Assembly (NCBI GenBank): GCA_037130865.1
Contig: JBAXSG010000002.1
Coordinates: 8,066-72,065, forward strand
DNA from: Candidatus Tayloriibacteriota bacterium
Lineage (GTDB): Bacteria; Patescibacteriota; Minisyncoccia; Phycocordibacterales; PALSA-1337
DNA length: 64,000 nucleotides
Direction: 5' to 3'
In this document: positions 36,462-49,535 of the stretch, in pieces
Layout of the letters: each line of letters opens with the position of its first letter
Numbering within the stretch: the stretch's first letter is position 1
Translations under genes and position numbers: made by a program
The notes under the pieces: generated by a model
Told to the model about the DNA's origin: nothing
Database searches by the model: none
What the model saw: the letters and a program-made list of their open reading frames with translations, nothing else

Positions 36462-38306
36462 ATGAATAAACTGAAAGAAACGCTGTCAGCAGTGTGGAAG
36501 GCGGCGCGATATTCATTCGCGTTCTGCCTCAGGAACAACAAAAGGGACACAATCATTGTATGGGCTCTTCTATTCGTACAAACATTGCTCGGATATGGAA
36601 TGATCTTACTCATGGGGAAACTCATCAGTGTGGTCCAATTCCACCTCTCGGAAGCAAATCATGGGGTAATGAGCGTCAGTAACTTTTTGAAAGGTGGCGC
36701 ATGCTTCCCTATCATTCTGTTCATTGTTGCATTGTTTTTGGAGATCATCATACAGAAATATAAATCATTCATTGCGAGTCGTCAGCGACACGTCCTTCGT
36801 GTAGCAAATACACAGGAGATGAACAAACTGCGAGCATCCTTGGATATTGCTCGCAAGAGAAGCAAGTTGTATGACGACATTGAGAAAAAAGTCGACGAGC
36901 TCCCCGATGGTTGGTATACCCGAATAGCTTTCGCGGGAGAAACAATGGAGTTTGGTGGGGCCTTTCTAGGTTTCACCATCTTCGGAATATCTCTTCTTAC
37001 CAAACATCCAGGATATGTGTTAATACTTATGGCCTCATCTATACCGATGGTGTTTGCAGAGTTCGTGGCCGTCAGTAGGTCTTGGAAGTGGGCAATGGAA
37101 TTGATTCCGCACCATAAGCGTCGTGGCGTATTGCAACAAGCATTCTCTGGGACGACATCGTTCTTGCAGGGTGTCATGTTCAATCAGCTGCCGACACTCT
37201 CCGTGCAAATCAAGGAGAACCATGACTATGTCATCGGGACCATGGATAAGTTGCGATGGAGCAACTTGAAGATCACTCTTGGAGCATACGTGATTGCTAT
37301 GGCAGGCCTCAGTCTCGTACTCATGCACTCTGTCTACAATACCATCTCAATCGGAGGTGACATTGGTGTGTTGACGATCATTGTTGCATCGGCTCGGCGA
37401 TTTCAATCGTCAATCCGTGATATCGTCTTGCAAATAGCAAACCAATGGCAAAGTGTCAAAGGTATGATCATCATCGAAGAAGAATACTTCGGTATGAAAC
37501 CAATGCTTGAGACGAGTAATCCGATAGCTCCAACATTCAAGAGCGCGCCGATGATCAGGTTTGAAAATGTGAGCTTCTCATATCCAGACTGCGACTCGAA
37601 AGTGCTTAAGAACGTGTCGTTCACAGTAGAACCAGGTAGCAAGTTAGTTATTATCGGCAAGAATGGTAGTGGCAAATCGTCGCTTATCGGGCTGATGCTA
37701 AGACATTATGATCCGACAGAAGGAGACATTATGGTTGGAGACCTAAACCTACGGAGTATCGCGCCAGCAAATTGGAGCGAGTACGCCAGTGCCCTTCTGC
37801 AAAACTTCGCCATCTTCGACCGCCAGATCGGGACGGAGATCGCATCGTCTAGACTGGATCGTCCAGTCGATATGGATGGTGTGGTAAAGGCGGCCACATT
37901 CGCTGGATTCAATACGGTCGTGGGCGAGGATCCGAAAGGATACAACTCACAGATCGGTACAGAATTCGGTGGACGGGAGTTCTCGGGTGGTGAAGAGCAG
38001 CGGTTGGCACTTGCCAGAACTCGATATCGGAACACTCCGATTTTGATTCTGGATGAGCCTGATGCGAAGCTCGATCCTGAGGCAGCGAAAAATCTGATAG
38101 ACAACGTGTTTGCATTGAAAGGAGTCACGGTCATCATCGTGACTCAGCACGTTTCTAGGGCCGCTCACGGTGACAAGATTGTGGTATTGGATCATGGTGA
38201 AGTTGTTGGAACTGGGACACATTCGGAACTAATGTCTTCGAACGCACGGTACGCGGCAATGTTCACCAAGGATCAAGAGCGTCTCGGTAATATCGGTAAT
38301 AGCTGA
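36462..38306 (+). CDS. ABC transporter fused permease/ATP-binding protein (exporter half-transporter, MsbA-like)
   Basis: N-terminal 6-TM domain; NBD with GKNGSGKSS, signature FSGGEEQRLALAR, Walker B ILILDEPDAKLD, H-loop VTQH. Confidence 0.85.
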   Translation: MNKLKETLSAVWKAARYSFAFCLRNNKRDTIIVWALLFVQTLLGYGMILLMGKLISVVQFHLSEANHGVMSVSNFLKGGACFPIILFIVALFLEIIIQKYKSFIASRQRHVLRVANTQEMNKLRASLDIARKRSKLYDDIEKKVDELPDGWYTRIAFAGETMEFGGAFLGFTIFGISLLTKHPGYVLILMASSIPMVFAEFVAVSRSWKWAMELIPHHKRRGVLQQAFSGTTSFLQGVMFNQLPTLSVQIKENHDYVIGTMDKLRWSNLKITLGAYVIAMAGLSLVLMHSVYNTISIGGDIGVLTIIVASARRFQSSIRDIVLQIANQWQSVKGMIIIEEEYFGMKPMLETSNPIAPTFKSAPMIRFENVSFSYPDCDSKVLKNVSFTVEPGSKLVIIGKNGSGKSSLIGLMLRHYDPTEGDIMVGDLNLRSIAPANWSEYASALLQNFAIFDRQIGTEIASSRLDRPVDMDGVVKAATFAGFNTVVGEDPKGYNSQIGTEFGGREFSGGEEQRLALARTRYRNTPILILDEPDAKLDPEAAKNLIDNVFALKGVTVIIVTQHVSRAAHGDKIVVLDHGEVVGTGTHSELMSSNARYAAMFTKDQERLGNIGNS

Positions 38307-38315
38307 CGTGAAACT

Positions 38316-38350
38316 ATAAGGTCGGGGAGTTCAACTCTCCCCGGCCTTTT
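38316..38350. terminator. bidirectional hairpin terminator between convergent genes
   Basis: ggtcggggag-ttcaa-ctctccccggcc followed by ttttatctt. Confidence 0.5.
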
Positions 38351-38353
38351 ATC

Positions 38354-38905
38354 TTATATATAGTAAAACTCCTCAAAAACTTTCTTGTAGAGGTTGATAA
38401 CCCTCTTGGCTTCATACTGATTCAATGACGTGGTAGAACCTTCGTGAGCGATCTGGTTGCGAATCTTATGAGCTTCCCAAGCCTCATCTAGTGTATTGAA
38501 ATCGGACTTCTCTACCCTTTTGAGTTTCTCACCGACACTTTCTCCGTGATACTCCATTTTGTTAAGAAGATCGTCCAATATAATATCCGCATCCATAATA
38601 GCTTGGCGCCAATCATTTGGATTCGTGGATTCTATATGACTTTTTACACTATCCCATCTCTTCGCCAAGGTAACATCTCCAGCAACAGCTGTATCATAAC
38701 CTTCATCAGCTTTCACATCATACATATCATGCTCCTTGTTACGGATTATTTTCAATCTTTCGACGCAATATATTATGCCAAACAAAAGAAGTATCGACAT
38801 TATAATGGAAAGGCCGAGGATAAATCCGAAAATCTTTTGTGCCAAGACTATTAACAGAGGATATATATTCGTCGCAGCCGCAGATATGGTGTTAATAAAT
38901 TCCAT
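38354..38905 (-). CDS. membrane-anchored protein with a C-terminal HEPN-like motif (Rx4H)
   Basis: N-terminal TM (ILGLSIIMSILLLFGIIY), C-terminal WEAHKIRNQIAHEG containing R-x4-H. The assignment is tentative. Confidence 0.4.
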   Translation of the reverse strand: MEFINTISAAATNIYPLLIVLAQKIFGFILGLSIIMSILLLFGIIYCVERLKIIRNKEHDMYDVKADEGYDTAVAGDVTLAKRWDSVKSHIESTNPNDWRQAIMDADIILDDLLNKMEYHGESVGEKLKRVEKSDFNTLDEAWEAHKIRNQIAHEGSTTSLNQYEAKRVINLYKKVFEEFYYI

Positions 38906-38912
38906 AGTTATA

Positions 38913-40346
38913 TTATAGCTCTCCCAAGAGATCTTTACCTACCCTGAACAAGGTGGCCTCATCTGCATGTCGTGCTGTCATCTGGAAACCTACTGGAAGA
39001 TCTGTCTTTTTTCCACATGGAACAGAAATAGCTGGCATGCCAGTCAAGTTCGCGGTAACAGTGAATATATCCTCCAAATACATAGCTATAGGATCATTTG
39101 TTTTCTCCCCTATTTTGAAAGCTGTCGATGGAGCTGTTGGAGTAGCAATAATATCTACAGACTCAAAAGCTTTGTCGAAGTCTTCAGTGATCATACGACG
39201 CACTGCATTTGCACGATTGTAATAAGCGTCATAATAACCAGACGAAAGAACATATGTACCAAGCAAAATACGACGGATAACTTCACGGCCGAGCCCATCG
39301 CGACGAGATTCGAAGTAATCTTCGATGCCATTTTTGCCATCTTTATGCAAACCAAATCTGACACCATCGAAACGCGCCATGTTTGCAGAAACTTCAGCCG
39401 GCATAACTATGTAATACACCATCAAGGAATATGATATGTTTGGCAATTCTACATCTCGAATCTCATAACCCTTCTTTTTAAGTGTCTCCAGGCTGGCGTT
39501 GAATGCATCGAGAGTAACTGAATCTATACCATCTCCACCTAGAAAATGTCGTGGCACACCAATAATCGGTTTTGCACCTCCATTTTCCCCTTTGCTTGCA
39601 CCTTCTTCTATCGTCGTACCATCTTTTTTATCTTTTCCACGTATCGCATTGAAAACGATCTCACAATCTGTGACAGTCCTTCCGATAGGACCTATCTGAT
39701 CTAGAGAAGAACCCATAGCTATAGCTCCGTAGCGAGATACTGCACCATAAGTTGGCTTCAATCCAACCACTCCGCAGAAGCTGGCCGGCTGACGGATTGA
39801 TCCACCAGTGTCTGAACCAAGAGCGAAAAGTGCGCCATTCATAGCTACAGCTGCGGCAGAACCACCCGATGAACCGCCAGCTACTCTCGAAATATCGTGA
39901 GGATTCTTTGTCACACCATAAGCGGAATTCTCCGTGGAACCACCCATGGCAAATTCATCCATATTTGTACGGCCAAGGATAACTACTCCTTCGGCTTTGA
40001 GTTTGGAAATGACAGTAGCATCATAAGTAGCATGATAATTCTCCAACATCTTCGAGGAAGCACTGGCGATGTGGCCTTTTATGAGGATGTTATCTTTTAT
40101 CGCACAAGGAATACCAATCAAAAGAGGAACTTCTTCGCCACGAGATTTTAGATCAGCAATCCTTTCGTCTGCGAAACGCGCCGACTCTAGAGCATCATCG
40201 AATACCTCAAGATAAGCATTGATCTCACTGTTAACACGTTTTATTTCTCCTATATATTCCGTCGCCAATTGTACAGCTGAAAAATCACCATTCACAAGTG
40301 CTTTGTGGGCTTTGTCTATGGTCAGATTTTTTATATCGATTTTCAT
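38913..40346 (-). CDS. gatA: Asp-tRNA(Asn)/Glu-tRNA(Gln) amidotransferase subunit A
   Basis: Amidase signature GGSSGGSAAAVA; about 477 aa. Confidence 0.95.
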   Translation of the reverse strand: MKIDIKNLTIDKAHKALVNGDFSAVQLATEYIGEIKRVNSEINAYLEVFDDALESARFADERIADLKSRGEEVPLLIGIPCAIKDNILIKGHIASASSKMLENYHATYDATVISKLKAEGVVILGRTNMDEFAMGGSTENSAYGVTKNPHDISRVAGGSSGGSAAAVAMNGALFALGSDTGGSIRQPASFCGVVGLKPTYGAVSRYGAIAMGSSLDQIGPIGRTVTDCEIVFNAIRGKDKKDGTTIEEGASKGENGGAKPIIGVPRHFLGGDGIDSVTLDAFNASLETLKKKGYEIRDVELPNISYSLMVYYIVMPAEVSANMARFDGVRFGLHKDGKNGIEDYFESRRDGLGREVIRRILLGTYVLSSGYYDAYYNRANAVRRMITEDFDKAFESVDIIATPTAPSTAFKIGEKTNDPIAMYLEDIFTVTANLTGMPAISVPCGKKTDLPVGFQMTARHADEATLFRVGKDLLGEL

Positions 40347-40359
40347 GTTTTTAAGCGCC

Positions 40360-42791
<2,432 letters not shown>

Positions 42792-42806
42792 TTACAGTAT
42801 ACAAGA

Positions 42807-43364
42807 TTATGAACGAACAACCCACTCTAGGGCGCGCTCCACTGTTCTAGAACTAGACTGAGGCTTGAAATCGGATGATTGACTGTTTGGATCTACTTTG
42901 TCACAGAGGTTATATCCTTTTGATTTTATGGTTGTCTGCTTCAAGTTGCCAGTGTTTGGATCATAGAGTTGATCAATACTCACAATAACACAGCCCCAAA
43001 TAGGACCATTGAAAGGAGTGCCATTCTCCGAAAATCCGAAAGTGATAGCTGATGACGAGATATTACTACTCGACAGGTCTGAGAAAACGATATGTCTGGT
43101 CTGACCAGCACAGTTAATATCAAAAGGAGTATTGTTGAAGAAAAGAGAGTTCTCGCCAGAGTCTTTTGCGATGCATTCTATACCAGAATCAGCTGCATAA
43201 AATGAATAGAGAGAATCTCTGGCTGTAGAAGAAAGTATATACTGCTTACGAGCTATACCAAGTATAAATGTCGCCACTCCGAGTACCAATGTAGCGATAA
43301 GTACAGCAAAAAGCAGTGTATATCCTGATTCTTTTCTATCTGTTTTTTGGGTGATTATATTCAT
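42807..43364 (-). CDS. pilin-like protein (prepilin-type N-terminus lacking Glu5)
   Basis: GYTLLFAVLIATLV hydrophobic N-terminus, beta-rich C-terminus with Cys pairs. Confidence 0.5.
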   Translation of the reverse strand: MNIITQKTDRKESGYTLLFAVLIATLVLGVATFILGIARKQYILSSTARDSLYSFYAADSGIECIAKDSGENSLFFNNTPFDINCAGQTRHIVFSDLSSSNISSSAITFGFSENGTPFNGPIWGCVIVSIDQLYDPNTGNLKQTTIKSKGYNLCDKVDPNSQSSDFKPQSSSRTVERALEWVVRS

Positions 43365-43369
43365 GATGA

Positions 43370-43912
43370 TTAACGCGTAGCATTTACCAATTCACTATGT
43401 AGACTGATCTGATTCGGGGTTGTTCCCTCTTTCCAATCAACGAAGACAGTGACTTGATAGTCGGATGAATCTGCTCCAATCGGCGTCAACACGAAGTGTC
43501 TGGAAAATAGGGTCGGCGTGCCATCATTATCGTGATTGTAACCATTTATATCACTGAGATATATAAGACAGCCATTTACCTGATCTGAACAAGATACTTC
43601 TGGATCTGGTCCGTCTTTGTTTGTACCAGCGTCGCATCTACCAGAATTCAAACATCCGGTCAGTCCAGCCAAGAAATCGTTGCCGACGACGATATTGTTA
43701 TCTCTCACATTTTTTATAATCTCCATAGATTCTTGTGCGAGATTTGAAGCGATAGACTGGTCTCTGGAATAAAGTGCCGATGTCAGCGCCTTATTGGCGA
43801 TCGTAAGCGGTCCAGCAATAGCAATCATAAGCACGGCGATAGCCACCAAAGTCTCGATGAGGGTAAATCCGTCTTTTATTTTTATTGAAATTTTTTCTGA
43901 ATAATGTTTCAT
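43370..43912 (-). CDS. prepilin-type N-terminal cleavage/methylation domain protein (minor pilin/pseudopilin)
   Basis: KDGFTLIETLVAIAVLMIAI class III signal. Confidence 0.7.
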   Translation of the reverse strand: MKHYSEKISIKIKDGFTLIETLVAIAVLMIAIAGPLTIANKALTSALYSRDQSIASNLAQESMEIIKNVRDNNIVVGNDFLAGLTGCLNSGRCDAGTNKDGPDPEVSCSDQVNGCLIYLSDINGYNHDNDGTPTLFSRHFVLTPIGADSSDYQVTVFVDWKEGTTPNQISLHSELVNATR

Positions 43913-43929
43913 CTTATTGTTTGTATGGC

Positions 43930-44640
43930 TTATGGATTGCCTATTGCGGATGACGAATATATAGATGTGCGAGTAGAAGCGGCTGTCTGCACAGTGAAAT
44001 AAGTTCTATCTTTCTCCAATACTCCTGTATAACCAGATATGCGAATTGAAGCCAATGGATATTGCCTGCCAGAAACTTTTATATTGTATCCGGTTATAGT
44101 CACATTTGTTGGTGAGATTATAGGTGAAAAATCTCCGTCGTCACTCAGGACTGGCGTCGATATTGCAGATGGATGTGCACATAGACCGGCTGTGGATTTC
44201 GGCTGTTTTGCTTTTTCTAGACTATAAGTCTGAACTGGGCTTGTATTCAATGGTTTGAATATGTATTCATAAGCAAGATTGTATTGAGAAGAACAAGAAG
44301 AATCCAAAGCTGGTTCAGACGACAAGAATGCTATATAACTACCATTTTGAGAGTTATTACCTTCAAAACATGGACTGGAAGACAAGGTCAGACCATCAGC
44401 AGAGACAGCTCCAGATCCGCACTGATACTCTGTACCAGCACGCATCTCGCGTGACAATGATTCCAGAGCAAAGTTCAAGTTGGTCATAGCAGTCTGAATG
44501 CTTTGAGCTTTCTTGTTCGCACTTATAATCCTTATCAATGCTCCAGAGGCAACCATAGCTACGACAGCAAATATAGCCATCGAGACCATCATCTCCACTA
44601 GAGTAAAACCTTTATTTCTTTTTTTAATAATTGAATACAT
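43930..44640 (-). CDS. prepilin-type N-terminal cleavage/methylation domain protein (minor pilin)
   Basis: NKGFTLVEMMVSMAIFAVV class III signal. Confidence 0.7.
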   Translation of the reverse strand: MYSIIKKRNKGFTLVEMMVSMAIFAVVAMVASGALIRIISANKKAQSIQTAMTNLNFALESLSREMRAGTEYQCGSGAVSADGLTLSSSPCFEGNNSQNGSYIAFLSSEPALDSSCSSQYNLAYEYIFKPLNTSPVQTYSLEKAKQPKSTAGLCAHPSAISTPVLSDDGDFSPIISPTNVTITGYNIKVSGRQYPLASIRISGYTGVLEKDRTYFTVQTAASTRTSIYSSSAIGNP

Positions 44641-44668
44641 AAGATTATAAAAGTTGGGCGTTTATTTT

Positions 44669-45262
44669 TTATTGGATTATTGAAACCTGACCATTACCAT
44701 GTACTTCCAAGGAACGAGTACTCTTATCTGTACCAGTAATAGTTATTCTGGCGTATTGTTGATTTAAAAACCCACTAGCAGATATTATGGCTTCTGGGTT
44801 AGGTCTCTTAAATGAAACATCCAGCTGTGTAACTTCGGAACAATTGGTGTCACTAGCTCCAATACATAGACTGGTGACTTTTGTATTACGGGTAATATTG
44901 TACGTATTTACTTGTGTATCACGGCTTGGTCCGGATCCTTCATAAATACCAGTATCGACACCAGAATCAGCAAACATGATCACTCGAGTGTTACCCGGTA
45001 CAGTATTATCGATACCAGTAGTAGCGGCTGTGGAAAAATCAACACCGTATGCGAATTGAAAATCAGATTGCATTCCAGGAGAGCTGGCCACGCTTAAACC
45101 ATATGTCTGAGCTGTACGCATCACCAAGGCGACATCATAGATAAGATTTGTGATAAGTATACTCTGGTCGAAATTACCAAACTTCACAATCATAAGAACC
45201 GTCATCGCTACGAATATACTCACCGATATCAAAAGTTCTATGATAGTAAAGCCCTTCTTCAT
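44669..45262 (-). CDS. prepilin-type N-terminal cleavage/methylation domain protein (minor pilin)
   Basis: MKKGFTIIELLISVSIFVAM class III signal. Confidence 0.7.
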   Translation of the reverse strand: MKKGFTIIELLISVSIFVAMTVLMIVKFGNFDQSILITNLIYDVALVMRTAQTYGLSVASSPGMQSDFQFAYGVDFSTAATTGIDNTVPGNTRVIMFADSGVDTGIYEGSGPSRDTQVNTYNITRNTKVTSLCIGASDTNCSEVTQLDVSFKRPNPEAIISASGFLNQQYARITITGTDKSTRSLEVHGNGQVSIIQ

Positions 45263-45269
45263 GGCTATA

Positions 45270-46127
45270 TTATACTATATATGCAGCAATAATATCTTTT
45301 ATGATGTGCAGATCTATAACTGTAATCTTGAATAACAACACCAGATAAAGACCCAAAACGAGATATGGACCAAATGGAATCTCAGTACGAGGTTTGAACT
45401 TCTTATGTGTATAAAGAAGCCAGACAACACTTACAACAGCACCTATCCAGAATGCCAAAACAACAGCATTCACTCCCCCATTTATTCCCAACAACCAACC
45501 AATGCCCAACATCAATTTACCATCTCCAAGACCCATCCAATTTCCACGAGAGACCAACCAAAGCAATACAAAAGGCAAAGCGATAATAGGACCAGCTAAG
45601 AGCTGCCAGTAAGTAGGGATATGCCATAGAGAAGCGCCTCCTATAAACAAACTCGCCAAGGCAAATGCACTAAAAGTATAACTGAGCTGATCTGGAATGA
45701 TCTTGTGTTTAATATCATAGATAACAATAACCAAGAGTAGACAGCCAATGATTATCTGAATGATAGTAGCTATAGATGCAAAATATGATATTGGTGGAAA
45801 CACAAAAAATATCATCACAAATATAGCTCCAGCGATAAATTCTACCAATGGATACTGCCAAGAAATCTTACTCTTACAACCACGACATTTTCCACGCAAA
45901 GCCAAGAAACTCAATATCGGAAATAATTCCAACCAAGACAACGTCTTGCCACAAGACATACATTTCGATCTACCACCCAAACCGACGCCGGTGTTGAAGC
46001 GTAGTGATACTACATTTAGAAAACTACCTACGATAGCTCCGAACAAGAAAGCGACGATGGTTGAGAATAAGTCCATTATTATTTTGGCCCTACACAATAA
46101 TCTTGAGAGTTTGCTAGGTTTGAACAA
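45270..46127 (-). CDS. pilD: prepilin peptidase (A24 family)
   Basis: N-terminal zinc-binding CxxC...CxxC (CMSCGK...CRGCK), multi-TM peptidase A24 body. Confidence 0.85.
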   Translation of the reverse strand: MFKPSKLSRLLCRAKIIMDLFSTIVAFLFGAIVGSFLNVVSLRFNTGVGLGGRSKCMSCGKTLSWLELFPILSFLALRGKCRGCKSKISWQYPLVEFIAGAIFVMIFFVFPPISYFASIATIIQIIIGCLLLVIVIYDIKHKIIPDQLSYTFSAFALASLFIGGASLWHIPTYWQLLAGPIIALPFVLLWLVSRGNWMGLGDGKLMLGIGWLLGINGGVNAVVLAFWIGAVVSVVWLLYTHKKFKPRTEIPFGPYLVLGLYLVLLFKITVIDLHIIKDIIAAYIV

Positions 46128-46561
46128 GTCTGGCTATATATAGTCCCACTTAAACCGTTTGCGGTTGCAGATGGATTGGCATTTTCAAGACTGGTATGCA
46201 AAACATAGTCTGTATTTTCGCCATTTAGTCCATATCCATAAGTCTCACCACTGGATGGTGGAGATGGAATCTTACTTATATAAGAACCGAGAGTTATACC
46301 AGCTGTACAAACCCCACCAGAACTATTTCCATTATTTTCCGCGATCGCTAGGCTGCTAGGAAACTGATTACATCTATCGAAATAGAGACCAAGTGCCACC
46401 TGTATCTGTGATATATCGGAAATACGCTGTGTATCACGAGATTTCGACTTCGACTGCATCAGATTGGTCATGATTATACCAGTCAATAAAGCGATAATAG
46501 CAACCACGACCATAAGTTCGATCAAAGTGAATGCCCTGTCGAAGAATGGCCTGATTTTCAT
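46079..46561 (-). CDS. type IV pilin
   Basis: RAFTLIELMVVVAIIALLTGI class III signal with Glu5. Confidence 0.75.
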   Translation of the reverse strand: MKIRPFFDRAFTLIELMVVVAIIALLTGIIMTNLMQSKSKSRDTQRISDISQIQVALGLYFDRCNQFPSSLAIAENNGNSSGGVCTAGITLGSYISKIPSPPSSGETYGYGLNGENTDYVLHTSLENANPSATANGLSGTIYSQTCSNLANSQDYCVGPK

Positions 46562-46589
46562 GATTTGTGTGAAAAGACTAAATTAAGAG

Positions 46590-47135
46590 TTAGTTACAGA
46601 CAACTGCACCAGCGATTGTGTGAGCAGCCGTAGCAGAACCAACTAAGCCAGTATATGCTGTATTACCACCGATCTGTGTAGTCCTAGATGCACCTGAACT
46701 GTCTGAACAAGCTGCAGATCCATTACTAAGTGTTGCGGCAGCAGACCATGAAGATCCAGATGCGCCGGCATCAAATGCTATATTGCTTGTAGAATCTCCA
46801 ACATCCAACTTTGTACCAGAAACAAGACTGTTCATACCTGAGACAGTATCGGTAAACAATGAAGAAGCTGTACATGCGAGACCGTCTTTACAATCACCAG
46901 CACCATATGAATTGCCATTACTTCCATAATATACCTCGGCAGCAGAACGCATCTGTGCTATTTGGCCTATAATCTTACTATCTTTTGCTTTGCTTCTAGC
47001 TGAATTCAAACTTACAAGGATGACAGAAGACAAAATACCGATAATAGCAATAACGACGAGCAATTCGATGAGGGTGAAACCGGCCAAAGAACCATTAAAA
47101 CCACGGATTTTTCTGGTGCCTGAGAATTTGTTCAT
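46590..47135 (-). CDS. type IV pilin (candidate major pilin; own upstream region)
   Basis: AGFTLIELLVVIAIIGILSSV class III signal, Gly/Ser/Ala-rich C-terminal region with a Cys pair. Confidence 0.75.
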   Translation of the reverse strand: MNKFSGTRKIRGFNGSLAGFTLIELLVVIAIIGILSSVILVSLNSARSKAKDSKIIGQIAQMRSAAEVYYGSNGNSYGAGDCKDGLACTASSLFTDTVSGMNSLVSGTKLDVGDSTSNIAFDAGASGSSWSAAATLSNGSAACSDSSGASRTTQIGGNTAYTGLVGSATAAHTIAGAVVCN

Positions 47136-47213
47136 AAAAATCTAATTAGATTAAATAATAATATTAATAAATTGGACCTAAAAACATAGGTTGTGACTAT
47201 ATTGTAACACTAA

Positions 47214-48428
47214 CTATTGAGAGTTAGCAATGCTATAAATAGGTATAAGTACTGAGGCCAGCAATACGGCCACTCCTCCTCCTAAGAAGACAATCATCGC
47301 TGGTTCTATGACAGATACCAAGCTTTCCACTGCCGTCTCCACTTCACGGACATAGAATTTGGCAACTGTCTTCAATATAAATCCAACTTCTCCACTCTCT
47401 TCACCGACCTTGACCATCTGTACGATTATGCCAGGCATTTCTCGTGGGTCATTGGATATAGATTCTGACAACGTCTTGCCCCCTCTTACTCCTTCTGCTG
47501 CATGCATGATTATATCTTGATATATACGGTTATCTATAACCGTAGAAGTCAACTCCAAAGCTCGTACTATAGGGATACCAGCCACGAGCATCGTATTCAT
47601 ATTGTCTGAGAAACGTGATAGGTAAAGTTTCTTGTAGAGACCGCTCACATAAGGGATGTTCAGCTTGAAATTGTCGAAAGCCGCTTTACCGGTCGATGTG
47701 CGAACAAATCTGACTAGGAAGAATCCGGCTACAAGCAATATTCCAAGTAATACGAAACCGTAGTTGACTAGGAAATTACTAATACCCAATATAATCTGCG
47801 TATATATCGGTATAGATCCACCAGAATCCAAGATAATACCGCTAATCTTCGGTATGACCATTGTGAACATCAGTATCATGACTACAATGAAAGTGACAAA
47901 GACGAAAGCTGGATATACCAACGCTCCCCTGACTTTGGAGACGAGTTCATATGTTCGATCCAAATAATCAGCCAAGTATTCGAAGACTTCGTTGAGTTTT
48001 CCTGACTCTTCACCGGCCTTGACCATGCTGACATAAAATGGAGAAAATACTTTGGAGTGTTTCGAAAGTGCTGAAGATATAGAATTTCCGCTTTGTATAT
48101 CATCGGAAACTGTACGCAATATACTGGCAAGCTTACGGTTCTCCGTCTCAGTAGATAAAAGTCTAAATATTCTAAGTGCAGAAACTTGTGCATCGAAAAG
48201 TGTTGAAAGCTGTCTTGAAAGTATAACTATGTCTTTAGTGGAGACGCGGTCGAACCAAGTTATCTCTTTACCAAAAAGAGACTGTGATTCTTCCGCCTCC
48301 TTGATAGATACTAGAACCAAGTTACGGCGCTGAAGTGAAGATATTGCTATATCTACATTTACAGCATCTATAGAGCCATTTCTCTTGGTTCCGGATGCTG
48401 ATTCTATGGCTTCATAGTTGAATAACAT
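47214..48428 (-). CDS. pilC: type IV pilus assembly platform protein PilC (GspF family)
   Basis: Two T2SS-F domains, about 404 aa, 3-4 TM. Confidence 0.9.
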   Translation of the reverse strand: MLFNYEAIESASGTKRNGSIDAVNVDIAISSLQRRNLVLVSIKEAEESQSLFGKEITWFDRVSTKDIVILSRQLSTLFDAQVSALRIFRLLSTETENRKLASILRTVSDDIQSGNSISSALSKHSKVFSPFYVSMVKAGEESGKLNEVFEYLADYLDRTYELVSKVRGALVYPAFVFVTFIVVMILMFTMVIPKISGIILDSGGSIPIYTQIILGISNFLVNYGFVLLGILLVAGFFLVRFVRTSTGKAAFDNFKLNIPYVSGLYKKLYLSRFSDNMNTMLVAGIPIVRALELTSTVIDNRIYQDIIMHAAEGVRGGKTLSESISNDPREMPGIIVQMVKVGEESGEVGFILKTVAKFYVREVETAVESLVSVIEPAMIVFLGGGVAVLLASVLIPIYSIANSQ

Positions 48429-48451
48429 ATAAGTGGATTAGGAAATGTATA

Positions 48452-49510
48452 TTATAAGAGTCGTTCTAGAGATTTAGGACTCATTGAATAGGCGTATGCG
48501 GTTTCTGGTGTAATCTCCCCTGCGCGGACAAGCTCTGCTAGAGAATGATTCATGTCTATCATACCCGATTGTGAACCGGTTTCAATGACAGTATTGATTT
48601 CGTGGGTGCGGCGTTCACGGATAAGATTTGAGACTGCGGCGTTATTTATGAGAAGCTCATAAGCCGGGATGAGACCACCGGATATACGAGGGACGAGTCT
48701 TTGTGAGAAGATACCAGATAAAGATCCTGCTAACTGCATACGAATCTGATCTTGTTGTGAGGCTGGAAATGAATCTATGATGCGATCTATAGTCTGAGCC
48801 GCATTGTTGGTGTGCAATGTAGAGAATACCAAATGACCTGTCTCAGCAGCGGTAACTGCAGCTGACATAGTAAGAATATCTCGCATCTCACCTACCATAC
48901 AGACGTCTATATCCTCGCGGAACATAGCAGTAAGAGCATTGGCGAAATCTGGAGTATCGGTTCTGACTTCTCGCTGATCGACAACAGATTTTTTGGATTC
49001 AAAAATGTATTCGATAGGGTCTTCGATAGTTAAGATATGTTCTGTACGAGTCTGATTTATCATCTCTATCATAGACGCAATGGTGGTGGTCTTACCTTGA
49101 CCTATTGGGCCTACGACCAAAAAGAATCCCTGTGATTTTCGTGTGAAAGATTCTAGTATTGCTGGCAAGCCAAGCTCTACCAATGTACGGATCGATCTTG
49201 GAATAAGTCGAAGAGCAATAGCGGGGTTTCCTTGACTGTAATATATATGACCTCGAAAACGAGCATGAGTAAGATTGTAAGAAAAATCCACATCTTTTTC
49301 CTTTTCCAATAATACCCTACTCTCTTTCGTCAAAAAAACATCCACATAACCCTTCATGTCCACCTCAGTTATAACAGGCCTCTTCATGAGAGGTATCAAA
49401 GATCCTGACACACGGATTATCGGCGTGCGTCCAGCAGATAAGTGTAAATCTGAGGCATCTTCCTTCAGAATCAAATCTACAAGTTCATCTATTTCTTTGC
49501 GATAGTCCAT
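48452..49510 (-). CDS. pilT: type IV pilus retraction ATPase PilT
   Basis: About 350 aa, Walker A GPIGQGKTTT, Asp/His boxes, PilT-length (no N-terminal GSPII_E_N extension). Confidence 0.9.
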   Translation of the reverse strand: MDYRKEIDELVDLILKEDASDLHLSAGRTPIIRVSGSLIPLMKRPVITEVDMKGYVDVFLTKESRVLLEKEKDVDFSYNLTHARFRGHIYYSQGNPAIALRLIPRSIRTLVELGLPAILESFTRKSQGFFLVVGPIGQGKTTTIASMIEMINQTRTEHILTIEDPIEYIFESKKSVVDQREVRTDTPDFANALTAMFREDIDVCMVGEMRDILTMSAAVTAAETGHLVFSTLHTNNAAQTIDRIIDSFPASQQDQIRMQLAGSLSGIFSQRLVPRISGGLIPAYELLINNAAVSNLIRERRTHEINTVIETGSQSGMIDMNHSLAELVRAGEITPETAYAYSMSPKSLERLL

Positions 49511-49535
49511 ATTTTATGTTGGATTAGTCTTTATT

